64,000 bases of DNA from Candidatus Kapaibacterium sp. (GCA_963664875.1 OY761611.1:2752001-2816000), one strand, 5' to 3'; positions 18,408-28,957 are shown, counted from the first letter of the stretch. A program made the numbers and translations. Notes: a model not told the origin generated them from the sequence alone.

Positions 18408-20471
18408 ATGAAACCTGTCAAAGTTGCCATTTTGTGGCACAAACACCAGCCGCTTTATTCTTATAAAGACGGATTCCTTTTGCCTTGGACTCGCCTGCAT
18501 GGCGTCAAAGATTATTTTGATTTGCCTGAGGTGCTACACGAATTCCCAAAAGTGAAGCAGACTTTTAATCTCGTGCCTTCTATGATGATGCAGATCGAGG
18601 ATTATATTTTTGCAAAGCAGGAGGATAAAGTTCTTCGGCTGAGCAAAATTCCTGCAGATTTGCTGAATATGAAGCAGAAGTCTGAAATATTGAATCTGTT
18701 TTTCCTTTGCCATGTTGATAATATGGTACTACCTTACGGGCGATACAGAGATTTGTACGAACGAAGCAGAGACCACGATGCGGCTTTGGCAAACTTCACA
18801 GAACAGGATTTTCGTGATTTGCAGGTTTGGTATAATCTGACATGGTTCGGGCCTTATTCTAAAGAAAATATCGCAATTAAAAGATTCTTTGATAAAGGTG
18901 GTAACTTCACTGAAGAAGAGAAGATTTTTATTCTCGATAGGCATATAGAGCTGCTCAAGCGAGTAACCGGGCAGATGAAATCATTGCAGGATTTAAGTCA
19001 AATTGAGCTTAGCTGCTCGCCGATGTACCATCCGATTATACCGCTTGTGTGCGATTCGGAATCAGCAAAACAGGCTATGCCGAACGTACCAATGCCTAAT
19101 CCAATGTATAAATACCCTGAAGATGCGGAATGGCATATCTCAAATGCACTTAAATACACAGAGCATATTTTTGGACAAAAGCCTAGTGGTATGTGGCCTT
19201 CCGAAGGATCGGTTTCAAACAAAGCTTTGGAGCTTTTTGCGAAAAACAAAGTACGTTGGGTAGCCACTGACGAAGAAATATTACGCCGCACTCCTGGTGG
19301 CATTAATAAAGAAGTTGATAAATTCTTCCCTCGCAAATTCAATACTGTCGAAGGAGATATTACTGTCTTTTTCCGTGACCACTTCCTTTCTGACAGAATA
19401 GGCTTTGTTTATTCAAATTGGGATGGTTCGCAGGCGGCGGAAGACTTTTGCAATCACGTCAAAAACATCAGAAAAGAAATTATTAAAGTATATGGCGAGG
19501 GCGCTCTCGACCATGCTGTTATTCCTGTAATCCTCGATGGTGAAAACTGTTGGGAATATTACTTCGACAACGGCAGACCTTTCCTCAGAGAGCTTTATGC
19601 AAGATTCTCAAATATGGACGAAATCACGACTGTTACAATGAGTGAGGCAATTTCTAAAAGGGAAAACGAGTTTTTACCTGCCTTGGATTCTATATATTCA
19701 GGCTCATGGATTAATGCTGACTTTTCAATTTGGATTGGAGACGAAGATGATCGCAAAGCCTGGAATATGTTAGGCGAAGCACGTGAGCTTGCTGAAACAC
19801 TGAAAGGACGCTTGCCTCAAGACCAGCTCGAAAAAGCGATGAACGAACTTTACATTGCAGAAGGTTCGGACTGGTACTGGTGGTATGGCCCGGAACACAG
19901 CGCAGAAAACAAAAGCGATTTTGACGAACTGTTCCGTTGGCACTTGATGGAATTTTACCGCATAGTCGGTAAAGAAGCACCGGAATATCTGACACAACCA
20001 ATTTCAGCAACAGAAAATGTAATACTCCAACATCCTAAAACAACAATAGAGCCAATTATTGCCGGTTTCAGAGATGAGAAAAGCGGATGGGAAGGTGCCG
20101 GAGTATTTAATGCTGTGGGAGCTATGTCTGCGATGCACCAGATAGGCGAATTGCTCAAAAGAGTATATTGGGGCAACAAAGGTAACCGAATTTTCTTCCG
20201 TTTAGAACCGAGTAACGAACTTGGAGATAGTGAATACTTAAAACTTCAGATAGACAATGCCTGTGATCTCAAAATATCAAATTCCGGTTTAGAAATAATT
20301 AGCTGTGAATCGAAGATAAGCTACTTCCATTATGAAGATAGAGGTGTTCCTGAGCTTGCAATAGAGTTTGAAGGAATAAGGCCGGAAGAAGTCTCTTTCA
20401 CAAGTTTCTCATCAGGCTCGGAAATAAGGTATCCTCAGAGAGGAACTTATAAGCTTAATTTGGTGGACTAG
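18408..20471 (+). CDS. Glycoside hydrolase family 57 (amylopullulanase-like)
   Basis: WH.HQP.Y, HPI.PL, WPSEGS, LDGENCWEYY, AEGSDWYWW. Confidence 0.93.
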   Translation: MKPVKVAILWHKHQPLYSYKDGFLLPWTRLHGVKDYFDLPEVLHEFPKVKQTFNLVPSMMMQIEDYIFAKQEDKVLRLSKIPADLLNMKQKSEILNLFFLCHVDNMVLPYGRYRDLYERSRDHDAALANFTEQDFRDLQVWYNLTWFGPYSKENIAIKRFFDKGGNFTEEEKIFILDRHIELLKRVTGQMKSLQDLSQIELSCSPMYHPIIPLVCDSESAKQAMPNVPMPNPMYKYPEDAEWHISNALKYTEHIFGQKPSGMWPSEGSVSNKALELFAKNKVRWVATDEEILRRTPGGINKEVDKFFPRKFNTVEGDITVFFRDHFLSDRIGFVYSNWDGSQAAEDFCNHVKNIRKEIIKVYGEGALDHAVIPVILDGENCWEYYFDNGRPFLRELYARFSNMDEITTVTMSEAISKRENEFLPALDSIYSGSWINADFSIWIGDEDDRKAWNMLGEARELAETLKGRLPQDQLEKAMNELYIAEGSDWYWWYGPEHSAENKSDFDELFRWHLMEFYRIVGKEAPEYLTQPISATENVILQHPKTTIEPIIAGFRDEKSGWEGAGVFNAVGAMSAMHQIGELLKRVYWGNKGNRIFFRLEPSNELGDSEYLKLQIDNACDLKISNSGLEIISCESKISYFHYEDRGVPELAIEFEGIRPEEVSFTSFSSGSEIRYPQRGTYKLNLVD

Positions 20472-20502
20472 TGGTATAAATTTTCTTTAAATAAAGATTA
20501 TT

Positions 20503-21042
20503 TTACTCATTCTCTATGTAAGATTTGAGTTTGTTTAAGGTCATTTCGTTGCCTTGGATGAAGAAATTGAGGAGTTTTATCCATTTGTCTTCGTTTTTGT
20601 AGCCTATGCCGTATAATGTCACTTTAGTTTGGTTAGCAGTGATTTCTTGGAACATAGTAATACTATAGAGATTTTTCTCTTCAGCTTTTATAAATGCAGG
20701 GAAATTATTGGCAATTTCCGCCTGCATTGTAATTTGACGGTAAGGGATGTAATTTAGAATGTGAATCGTGATAGTACCCGGATCTCCAATTTTTGCATTA
20801 GGTGTGTAATGTGATTTGATTGTACCGTTTATTTTCAAATCTATTTCAACAACCGGCGTCGCCCATTGTTTCCAGTCAGATTCAGTAGTATATGCCCTCC
20901 AAACATCGTGTAGTGGAGCATTTATTATAATCTCCTGCCTAAGCATAAGCTCTCCTGATGGCAAAGTGTCGGTAGTGCTTATTGATTGAGCTGATGCGCA
21001 ATAAGAAAGCATTACAAATAGAGCTAAGATGATGTATTTCAT
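20503..21042 (-). CDS. Exported SRPBCC/AHSA1-like domain protein
   Basis: Signal peptide; INAP..DVW.A.T...W..W; C-terminal helix L..LK.Y.E. Confidence 0.75.
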   Translation of the reverse strand: MKYIILALFVMLSYCASAQSISTTDTLPSGELMLRQEIIINAPLHDVWRAYTTESDWKQWATPVVEIDLKINGTIKSHYTPNAKIGDPGTITIHILNYIPYRQITMQAEIANNFPAFIKAEEKNLYSITMFQEITANQTKVTLYGIGYKNEDKWIKLLNFFIQGNEMTLNKLKSYIENE

Positions 21043-21102
21043 AGTTTAGTAGCCTGTATTATTTTTAAGAATATGCGATAGTAGAAGCAAAATATTTTAC
21101 CA

Positions 21103-22506
21103 CTACCTCCACCTCCTTCCATACCAAACCAAGCCCACAACAGATAGTAAGCCTATCACACCGAAAGGAACTAAAAGGAGCTGTGGCGAGTATGTAGTCC
21201 ATAGCAGATTTGTGGCTTCCTGTGCGTTCATGCCGCTTGTTTCTATAAGTGTTTGGAATGCGGTGCTGTGGTCTATTCCCGTGAGATTATATTTCTCTGC
21301 AAGGTAGCGTATTGCAAAGCCGGATTTTTCGCCTAAAGTTTTATATAACCATCCCCCCGACAACGCACCAATGCCAAGCCCTATTGTCCAGGAAGCATAC
21401 ATAAAACTCATAAACATAGATTTGTCTTCTAACTTAGCCCGGCGCCCCATAAACTCGTTGAAGTGCGGATTGGCAATCATCTCTCCAAATGTATAAACCC
21501 AAAAGCCGGCTATTAAATAATAACCGTTTTGAGAAATGCCGCTAAGTATAAAACCAAGTGTAGCAAATAAAACGCCCACCCAAAGCCCGGTAATAATCCT
21601 AGCTTTTGAGAAGAGCCATGAAGTAAACACAACAAAAAGCACAATCAACCCTGAATTTATATTATACAGCCACTCGTAGGATATTTGCTTTCCGAGAGGT
21701 GTTTCACTCAGCAAAAAGTCAGGAAGATTGAAATCCTTAGCGATGTTAGCAGTGTTCACCCAATCAAAAATAAAATTGGGCAAAGTCTCGTAAAACTGCA
21801 TATAGATTATCGTAAATCCGGTCATTATCAGAAGAAAAACTGAAATTTGAGGATTAAGTATATTGGCTTTGAAGTTTGACAAAATAGCTTTTGTGCCGGG
21901 ATATTTATTCTCCTGACTTACAGCCGGCTTATAAAACAATGTCAAAGCAAAGTTTATACTCATTATCAGAGCGCTCCCAAAGAACACAGCCTGCCATGAT
22001 ATTTCTTTGAAAAACATAGTTATTGGCGGGCCAAAGAAAGCTGCCAAATTTAAAAGCATAATATAAATACCCCAGCCCACAGCAGAGTTTTTCTCATCTA
22101 AATTTGCTGCTACTGCTCCCTGCAAAGCAGGCCTGAACACACCAAGTCCAATACCGTATGTAATCGTTCCGAAAAGGAAAGGATAAAAGTCTCTTTGTGT
22201 AGCTATGAGTGCAAGCCCGATAATCATAGTCAGGTATGAAGCAAACATGGCTTTTTTTCTGCCAAGCTTATCAATAAAAGCTCCGGAGAACACAGAAGTC
22301 AGATTTTGAAGGACAGCCCAGAAAAAGAAGATTTGTCCTTTTGTGTCTTGGCCCCATTGCAGCCCTCCGGCGGCATCTTTTTGAGCGATATAGATAGGAA
22401 TTTGCAGCAGCATAATCCAATACGCTAGTTTCTCTGTCATTTGTATCAGATTTAATATCCAGAAGCTGCTTTTTATAGATTTTATATTTTGTATAATAGA
22501 TTGCAT
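21103..22506 (-). CDS. MFS transporter (POT/peptide transporter-like)
   Basis: About 12 TM, motif A G.FIDKLGRKK, E.LAY near the N-terminus, GEM..NP. Confidence 0.8.
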   Translation of the reverse strand: MQSIIQNIKSIKSSFWILNLIQMTEKLAYWIMLLQIPIYIAQKDAAGGLQWGQDTKGQIFFFWAVLQNLTSVFSGAFIDKLGRKKAMFASYLTMIIGLALIATQRDFYPFLFGTITYGIGLGVFRPALQGAVAANLDEKNSAVGWGIYIMLLNLAAFFGPPITMFFKEISWQAVFFGSALIMSINFALTLFYKPAVSQENKYPGTKAILSNFKANILNPQISVFLLIMTGFTIIYMQFYETLPNFIFDWVNTANIAKDFNLPDFLLSETPLGKQISYEWLYNINSGLIVLFVVFTSWLFSKARIITGLWVGVLFATLGFILSGISQNGYYLIAGFWVYTFGEMIANPHFNEFMGRRAKLEDKSMFMSFMYASWTIGLGIGALSGGWLYKTLGEKSGFAIRYLAEKYNLTGIDHSTAFQTLIETSGMNAQEATNLLWTTYSPQLLLVPFGVIGLLSVVGLVWYGRRWR

Positions 22507-22580
22507 TGTGCCATTCGTAATATGAAATAAGTCTTCAGCTTATTACGAATATATCGAAAAATCTTGTAAGAGACTTGAAA

Positions 22581-22637
22581 CCAAAAAGGAGTTAAATCTG
22601 AAGTTTGTTGGTTCATTTAAGATTTAACTCCTTTTGG
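22581..22637 (-). terminator. Long hairpin downstream of mraY
   Basis: AAAAGGAGTTAAATCT...AGATTTAACTCCTTTT inverted repeat. Confidence 0.6.
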
Positions 22638-22648
22638 ATTATAATGGA

Positions 22649-23776
22649 TTATCTGAGTTTGAATGTCGAAAGTGCAATGATTGCAAGTAAAACAGCAATT
22701 ATATAAAATCTGTTTACAATTTTTGCTTCATGTATGCCTGACTTTTCGAAATGGTGATGCAAAGGTGCCATGTTGAAGACTCTTCTTCCTTCACCATACT
22801 TCTTCTTTGTATATTTAAAATAACTTACCTGAATGATTACCGAAATTGCTTCTGCAAAAAATATCCCGCCAAGGATTGGCAAAAGGAATTCTTTTTTGAT
22901 AAGGATTGCCAGACCGCCAACAGCACCTCCGAGAGCCAACGAACCGGTGTCGCCCATAAATATCTGTGCTGGGTAAGCATTAAACCAAAGAAAACCCAGA
23001 GCTGCACCAACTAAAGCTGCCGTAAAGATTGTAAGTTCGCCACTGCCGGGTTGATAAATGATATGGAAGTACTCTGCATAGGTGGCATTACCTGAGAAGT
23101 AACACATAGCTGCAAAAGCCAAACCCGCTATACCTACCGTCCCTATGGAAAGACCATCTAAGCCATCTGTGAGGTTTACTGCATTTGACGTTGCTGTTAT
23201 AATAAATATCACAAGCGGGATGTATAGCAGCCCGAAGTCAATATTCCAGTTTTTATAAAAAGGCAATGTGGTGAGCGTGTTTATTTTCTCGAATCCTTCC
23301 GGAAAAAGCTCAGGGAAAAAGTATATACTCGAACCTATAATCAACCCTATACCTACCTGACCAACTATTTTGTACCTTCCAATCAAGCCTTTAGGTAGCT
23401 TTTTTATAACTTTCAAATAGTCATCTAAAAAGCCTACAGCACCAAGCCAGGCTGTTGTAAGCACAATTAGGATACTATACATATTTAGATTAGACCATAA
23501 CAGAGTCGGCACCAAAAGTGCCATTAGGACAATCAATCCGCCCATAGTCGGAGTGCCGGCTTTTAGCGAATGATTGCCAACTTTCTGAAGTTCCTGCTTT
23601 GCCTGTTCTCCGATTTGCTTTGTTTTTAGCTTCTTAATGATGAGAGGCCCAAAGAAAAAACTAATTAGTAAAGCAGTAACAGCTGCGGCTGCCGCTCTGA
23701 ACGAAATATATTGAAAAACACCGAACCCCGGTGGGTCAAACATTTCGTTGATCCATTGGAATAAGTAGTATAACAT
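22649..23776 (-). CDS. mraY: Phospho-N-acetylmuramoyl-pentapeptide transferase
   Basis: GTPTMGG, GFLDD, NAVNLTDGLDG, FMGDTGS, MAPLHHHFE. Confidence 0.97.
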   Translation of the reverse strand: MLYYLFQWINEMFDPPGFGVFQYISFRAAAAAVTALLISFFFGPLIIKKLKTKQIGEQAKQELQKVGNHSLKAGTPTMGGLIVLMALLVPTLLWSNLNMYSILIVLTTAWLGAVGFLDDYLKVIKKLPKGLIGRYKIVGQVGIGLIIGSSIYFFPELFPEGFEKINTLTTLPFYKNWNIDFGLLYIPLVIFIITATSNAVNLTDGLDGLSIGTVGIAGLAFAAMCYFSGNATYAEYFHIIYQPGSGELTIFTAALVGAALGFLWFNAYPAQIFMGDTGSLALGGAVGGLAILIKKEFLLPILGGIFFAEAISVIIQVSYFKYTKKKYGEGRRVFNMAPLHHHFEKSGIHEAKIVNRFYIIAVLLAIIALSTFKLR

Positions 23777-23983
23777 ATTTTACTAGAAGGGTTGTGAATA
23801 ATATGCTGCATTCAAAAGACAAAAGTAAGCATAATTGTGCATGTTTAAAAATAAAAATTTAAAATGTTTCACTTATAGTGCCATATTCCTGCTTGGCAAG
23901 ACAAAAAGCAGATATTATTAAATAAAATCATCTCTCTGTCGTGAAGTATAAATACTGGTTTAATTTATCGTTTATGGTGTGAC

Positions 23984-25483
23984 ATGTTTAAAAAAATTTT
24001 GATAGCGAATAGAGGCGAGATTGCAATGAGAATAATCAGAGCTGCTCGCGAAATGAATATAGAATCCGTTGCAATATATCACGACATTGACAAAGAAGCT
24101 CCTTTTGTGCAGTATGCTGACTATGCTTACAAAATTTCAGGCACTACACCTAAAGCTGCTTATCTTGACATCCCTCAGATTATAGAAGTTGCAATTAGAA
24201 GCAATAGTGAAGCTATCCACCCCGGGTACGGTTTCCTCTCGGAAAACTCTGTTTTTTCCTCAGAAGTAAGTAAAGCGGGGCTTGTTTTTATAGGACCTGA
24301 TGCTAATTCCATTGAGCTAATGGGTAACAAAACAAGAGCCAGGCAGTTGATGACTGCTGCAGGCGTGCCTATAGTGCCGGGAACTAAAGAGCAAATAGAA
24401 AGTGATGAGGAGCTAATAAAAACTGCTGAGGAAATAGGTTACCCTATTTTGCTTAAAGCGGCTGCAGGCGGTGGTGGTAAAGGTATGCGAAAAGTTGACT
24501 CTGTCGATGAGCTGATTGAAAGCTACCGTGGTGCTAAGCGTGAGGCAGCTAATGCTTTTGGTGACGATGCTATCTATATTGAAAAATATATTATAAATCC
24601 TAAGCATATAGAAATTCAAATTATCGCTGATGCTCATAGCAATTACGTTCACCTTGGCGAAAGAGATTGCTCTATCCAAAGAAGACACCAAAAAGTAATA
24701 GAAGAATCGCCTTCTACAATTTTAGATGAAGAGCTGCGGACTAAGATGGGCGAGGTTGCTGTCAAAGCTGCAAAAGCCTGCAACTATGTGAATGCCGGGA
24801 CGGTGGAATTCCTTGTTGATAAAAACAAAAATTTCTATTTTTTAGAAATGAACACCAGACTACAAGTAGAACACCCGGTTACGGAAATGGCTACCGGGAT
24901 TGATTTGGTAAAAGAACAGTTCAAAATTGCTTTCGGCATGCCATTAAGTTTTAAACAAGAAGATGTAAGATTTACAAATCATGCTATTGAATGTAGGATT
25001 TATGCTGAAGATCCATTTAATAATTTTCTTCCTGACACCGGTAAAATCACTCACCTCCGCAGACCCTGCGGAAATGGTGTGCGAGTGGATAGCGGAATAG
25101 ATGAAGGTAGCGAAGTAACAATACATTTCGATCCGATGCTTTCAAAATTGATTGTTTGGGGACGAGACAGAAACGAGGCTTTGGGAAGAATGGAATCTGC
25201 TCTTAGGAATTACAGAATTCAGGGAGTCAGAACTATTATTCCATTCCTGATAGCAGTAATGCAGCATCCGGAATTTAGGTACGGATATTTTGACACCGGA
25301 TTTATTCAGCATACTTTTGATATGGATGTGTTGGACAAAATAAAAGAAGAACAGGAAGAAATTATAGCAGCCATTGCTGCTTTTGGATTCAGGATGACTC
25401 GCAAAGATCAGTCTCCTGTAAGCGAAAAACAAAAAATATCAAAATGGAAGGAAAACAATCTGCTAATGAGAAGATTGCTTTAA
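23984..25483 (+). CDS. accC: Biotin carboxylase subunit of an acyl-CoA carboxylase
   Basis: ANRGEIA, HPGYGFLSEN, GGGGKGMR, ERDCSIQRRHQK, EMNTRLQVEH. Confidence 0.9.
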   Translation: MFKKILIANRGEIAMRIIRAAREMNIESVAIYHDIDKEAPFVQYADYAYKISGTTPKAAYLDIPQIIEVAIRSNSEAIHPGYGFLSENSVFSSEVSKAGLVFIGPDANSIELMGNKTRARQLMTAAGVPIVPGTKEQIESDEELIKTAEEIGYPILLKAAAGGGGKGMRKVDSVDELIESYRGAKREAANAFGDDAIYIEKYIINPKHIEIQIIADAHSNYVHLGERDCSIQRRHQKVIEESPSTILDEELRTKMGEVAVKAAKACNYVNAGTVEFLVDKNKNFYFLEMNTRLQVEHPVTEMATGIDLVKEQFKIAFGMPLSFKQEDVRFTNHAIECRIYAEDPFNNFLPDTGKITHLRRPCGNGVRVDSGIDEGSEVTIHFDPMLSKLIVWGRDRNEALGRMESALRNYRIQGVRTIIPFLIAVMQHPEFRYGYFDTGFIQHTFDMDVLDKIKEEQEEIIAAIAAFGFRMTRKDQSPVSEKQKISKWKENNLLMRRLL

Positions 25484-25525
25484 ATCCTTATGATTATATA
25501 AAAAATAAAATATCTCTTAATCAAA

Positions 25526-25614
25526 ACCTCTCCAACTCTACAAAGAATTGGAGAGTTTTTTGCATATAATAGCACCTATCTATTTGAAGTATTCCCGGGA
25601 TACTCACCTTATAG
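25526..25614 (+). repeat. Hairpin plus truncated Rhs core-end unit, copy 4
   Basis: Near-identical to 17058-17139; encodes LFEVFPGYSPY; the hairpin probably terminates accC. Confidence 0.9.
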
Positions 25615-25895
25615 AAATTAGTTTACTGTTCCAAGCAGGTTTCCTCTAATTGACCATATCGCAAAGATTACAACTTTGAAAACTGAAAGGTGGAAAGTAT
25701 CCTGAGCTTGTCGAAATGCAACACTTGCTTAAGATCCATTTATCGATGTACAACAATTATCTGTAATATTTGGAATATTATGTTATTTGTGTTATTATTA
25801 TTGTTTATAATAAATCACATTTAGGTGTAATCTTTTACTCCATATAAACGTTTGATAGATTAGGTAAAGAGTTCTCTAACATAAGGAATTACGCT

Positions 25896-26672
25896 ATGAA
25901 ATTGCTTTTAAATCTTTGTTTTTTGCTGATAGTGTGTGTTAATGACTTATTCCCACAAGATAGTTCTAATGTCGTAAACGGATACGTGCCTCGGTATTTA
26001 GACGAAAATGCCACCTTCGAAAATCAGATAGTGAGGGATAACTCTTTTGTGAATTTTGGCGTAACGCCCTTAAATTATTATCATCTAAAGAATGATATTA
26101 CAACAGGAGACAATTTTATAGGATTTGGAGGCATCAGTCTGGGGTATTATTACACGTATGCCGACGGACATTATCTCAACTTCAGCTTTTCTTATGATTA
26201 TCTTGATGGAGGCAATACTCTTTCAGGAAATCATTTCGACAATGTAGTATATTCCAAATTGAGTGCGGTACCTATTGATCCTGAAAAATACTATCGTCGG
26301 AAAGACTTGACGAATTATGGCTTTTCGTTAACAGAAAACGTAGTCTATTCGAACTTAGTTTTCTCTTTCGGATTGGTTTACTGCATATCTACTTATACAT
26401 TTGAATATCAATCTAAAGACTATGGTGCAACATGGGTCGAATATTTAGGAGAATCAGCCTATGCATCACTCAATCCAATCATTGGAGTTCAATATGCCTT
26501 TTTCAATAATTTTGGTGTCGAACTTATGATGCACTATTCAGGTAAAACGTTCCGTGAAAGAGGATACCATCGAGACAGACAATTATCTATGCTTTTAAAT
26601 ATCAATTACCGACTGCCGCTGCAAAGAAAAAAAGTTACTTTTAAAGACGGAGAGTACAAGCTAACATATTAA
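25896..26672 (+). CDS. Hypothetical exported protein, probable outer membrane beta-barrel
   Basis: Signal peptide, Tyr/Phe/Gly-rich alternating strands. Confidence 0.55.
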   Translation: MKLLLNLCFLLIVCVNDLFPQDSSNVVNGYVPRYLDENATFENQIVRDNSFVNFGVTPLNYYHLKNDITTGDNFIGFGGISLGYYYTYADGHYLNFSFSYDYLDGGNTLSGNHFDNVVYSKLSAVPIDPEKYYRRKDLTNYGFSLTENVVYSNLVFSFGLVYCISTYTFEYQSKDYGATWVEYLGESAYASLNPIIGVQYAFFNNFGVELMMHYSGKTFRERGYHRDRQLSMLLNINYRLPLQRKKVTFKDGEYKLTY

Positions 26673-26797
26673 TTGCTTAAAAGCTGCATAAAATTTTATT
26701 CCTTTTTTACTATAATCTATGATTTATCGGGGTTTAGGTAACAAAAGTGTCGTAAATTCGTAAGAACTATAATATTCATCATTTTTTATTGGGTCTT

Positions 26798-28927
26798 ATG
26801 AAATTATCAGTGTATTTACTAATGGCAGCTATGGCAATTGGTGCTTGCTCTAAAGCTGCAAAGGATGAGGGCGAAAAGATGACTTATCCTGAAACAAAAA
26901 AAATTGAAGTAGTTGATGACTACTTTGGTACAAAAGTATCAGATCCTTACCGCTGGCTCGAAGATGATCGCAGCCCGGAAACGGAAGCTTGGGTCAAAAA
27001 GCAAAATGAGTTTACTTCTGCTTACCTATCTAAAATTGGTATCAGATCTAAAATCAAAAGCAGACTTGAAGAGCTTTGGGACTACGAAAAACTAAGTGCA
27101 CCGTTCGAAGAAGGTGGCGTAAAATACTTTTATAAAAACGACGGCTTACAAAATCACAGCGTACTTTACGCCCAAAAAGGCGAAGCTGCTCCTGAAGTAT
27201 TTTTAGATCCTAATAAATTCTCTGCCGACGGCACAACTTCGCTCGCATCAGTTAACTTTTCTGATAATGGCAAGCTCGCTGCTTATGCGATAAGCGAAGG
27301 TGGTAGCGACTGGAGAAAAGTTATAGTAATAAATGCAGAAAACAAAGAAATAATCGGAGATACTCTCGTAGATGTGAAATTTAGCGGTATCTCATGGAAA
27401 GGCAATGAGGGCTTCTACTATTCAAGCTATGACAAACCTGAAGGTAGCGAGCTTTCAGCAAAAACAGACCAGCATAAAGTGTACTATCATAAGCTCGGCA
27501 CGCCTCAGAAAGATGACAAAGTAATCTTTGGTGCTGACCCTAACATGAAAAGAAGATACTGCGGTGCTTATGTCTCCGACGACCAGAGATTCCTCTTTAT
27601 CTCTGCGGCAAACTCTACTACCGGCAACGAGTTATATATGATGGATTTGACTAAACCGAACTCGAAATTAGTCGCTATTATCAATAATTTTGACTCTGAC
27701 ACAGATGTAATAGAAACTAAAGGCTCAAAGCTATATATTTCTACAAATCTTAACGCTCCTAATAATAGGATTGTAACGGTTGATGCTTCAAATCCTACAC
27801 CTGAGAATTGGAAAGACTTCATTCCTGAAACAGAAAATGTTCTATCTACAACTACCGGCTCAGGTTTCTTCTTTGCAATCTATATGAAAGACGCCATTTC
27901 ACAAGTGCTCCAATATGACTATGACGGCAATTTGGTACGCGAAGTAGCACTTCCGGGTGTTGGCTCTGTCGGAGGTTTTGGCGGAAAAGATACTCAGGAG
28001 ACTTTGTACTACTCGTTTACAGATTATAAAACTCCAGGCAGTACTTTCGCCTATGATGCAAAAACCGGCGAGTCAACAGTATATTGGAAACCTGAAATCA
28101 AGTTTGACAGCGATAAATACGAATCCAAACAAATCTTCTATACCTCTAAAGACGGCACAAAAATTCCTATGATTATCACATATAAAAAAGGAATTAAACT
28201 TGATGGTACCAATCCTACTTTGCTTTACGGCTATGGTGGGTTTAGTGCGAGCCTCACACCACGTTTCAGTGTAACGCGTGCTGTTTGGATGGAAATGGGA
28301 GGTGTTTATGCCGTTGCAAATATTCGCGGTGGGGGCGAATACGGTCAGAAATGGCACGATGCAGGTACAAAACTTCAAAAACAAAACGTTTTTGATGATT
28401 TCATAGCAGCAGGCGAATACTTAATTGCCAATAAGTATTGTACAAACGAGTATCTTGCCATCGAAGGCGGCTCAAACGGAGGTCTATTGGTAGGTGCAGT
28501 AATGACTCAAAGACCTGATCTAATGAAAGTTGCAATTCCTGAAGTAGGTGTATTGGATATGCTCCGATACCACACTTTCACAGCAGGCGCAGGCTGGGCT
28601 TATGACTACGGAACCGCCGAAGATTCTAAGGAAATGTTTGAATATTTATATAAATATTCCCCGGTTCATAATGTGAAAGAAGGTACTTCTTTTCCTGCTA
28701 CAATTGTAACTACAGGTGATCATGATGACAGAGTAGTTCCGGCTCACTCATTCAAATTTATTGCTCATCTACAGGCTAAACAAGCTGGAAATAATCCGGT
28801 TTTAATCAGAATAGAAACTAATGCAGGTCATGGTGCCGGCACACCTGTTTCTAAACGATTGGAACAAACTGCAGACATTTACGGCTTTACTCTACACAAT
28901 ATGGGTATTGACGAAGTAAAATTCTAA
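26798..28927 (+). CDS. Prolyl oligopeptidase (S9A), lipoprotein
   Basis: DPYRWLE, GYGGF, RGGGEYG, GGSNGG, DDRV, GHGAG; lipobox AIGAC. Confidence 0.95.
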   Translation: MKLSVYLLMAAMAIGACSKAAKDEGEKMTYPETKKIEVVDDYFGTKVSDPYRWLEDDRSPETEAWVKKQNEFTSAYLSKIGIRSKIKSRLEELWDYEKLSAPFEEGGVKYFYKNDGLQNHSVLYAQKGEAAPEVFLDPNKFSADGTTSLASVNFSDNGKLAAYAISEGGSDWRKVIVINAENKEIIGDTLVDVKFSGISWKGNEGFYYSSYDKPEGSELSAKTDQHKVYYHKLGTPQKDDKVIFGADPNMKRRYCGAYVSDDQRFLFISAANSTTGNELYMMDLTKPNSKLVAIINNFDSDTDVIETKGSKLYISTNLNAPNNRIVTVDASNPTPENWKDFIPETENVLSTTTGSGFFFAIYMKDAISQVLQYDYDGNLVREVALPGVGSVGGFGGKDTQETLYYSFTDYKTPGSTFAYDAKTGESTVYWKPEIKFDSDKYESKQIFYTSKDGTKIPMIITYKKGIKLDGTNPTLLYGYGGFSASLTPRFSVTRAVWMEMGGVYAVANIRGGGEYGQKWHDAGTKLQKQNVFDDFIAAGEYLIANKYCTNEYLAIEGGSNGGLLVGAVMTQRPDLMKVAIPEVGVLDMLRYHTFTAGAGWAYDYGTAEDSKEMFEYLYKYSPVHNVKEGTSFPATIVTTGDHDDRVVPAHSFKFIAHLQAKQAGNNPVLIRIETNAGHGAGTPVSKRLEQTADIYGFTLHNMGIDEVKF

Positions 28928-28957
28928 CCTAAAACATTAGTTTCAAAATATATTAAC

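Noticed and set aside
17058-25614. Hairpin repeats as a CRISPR array or integron attC sites
   Set aside because: Only two copies 8.5 kb apart, no regular spacers, no cas or integrase gene, no clear attC core sites
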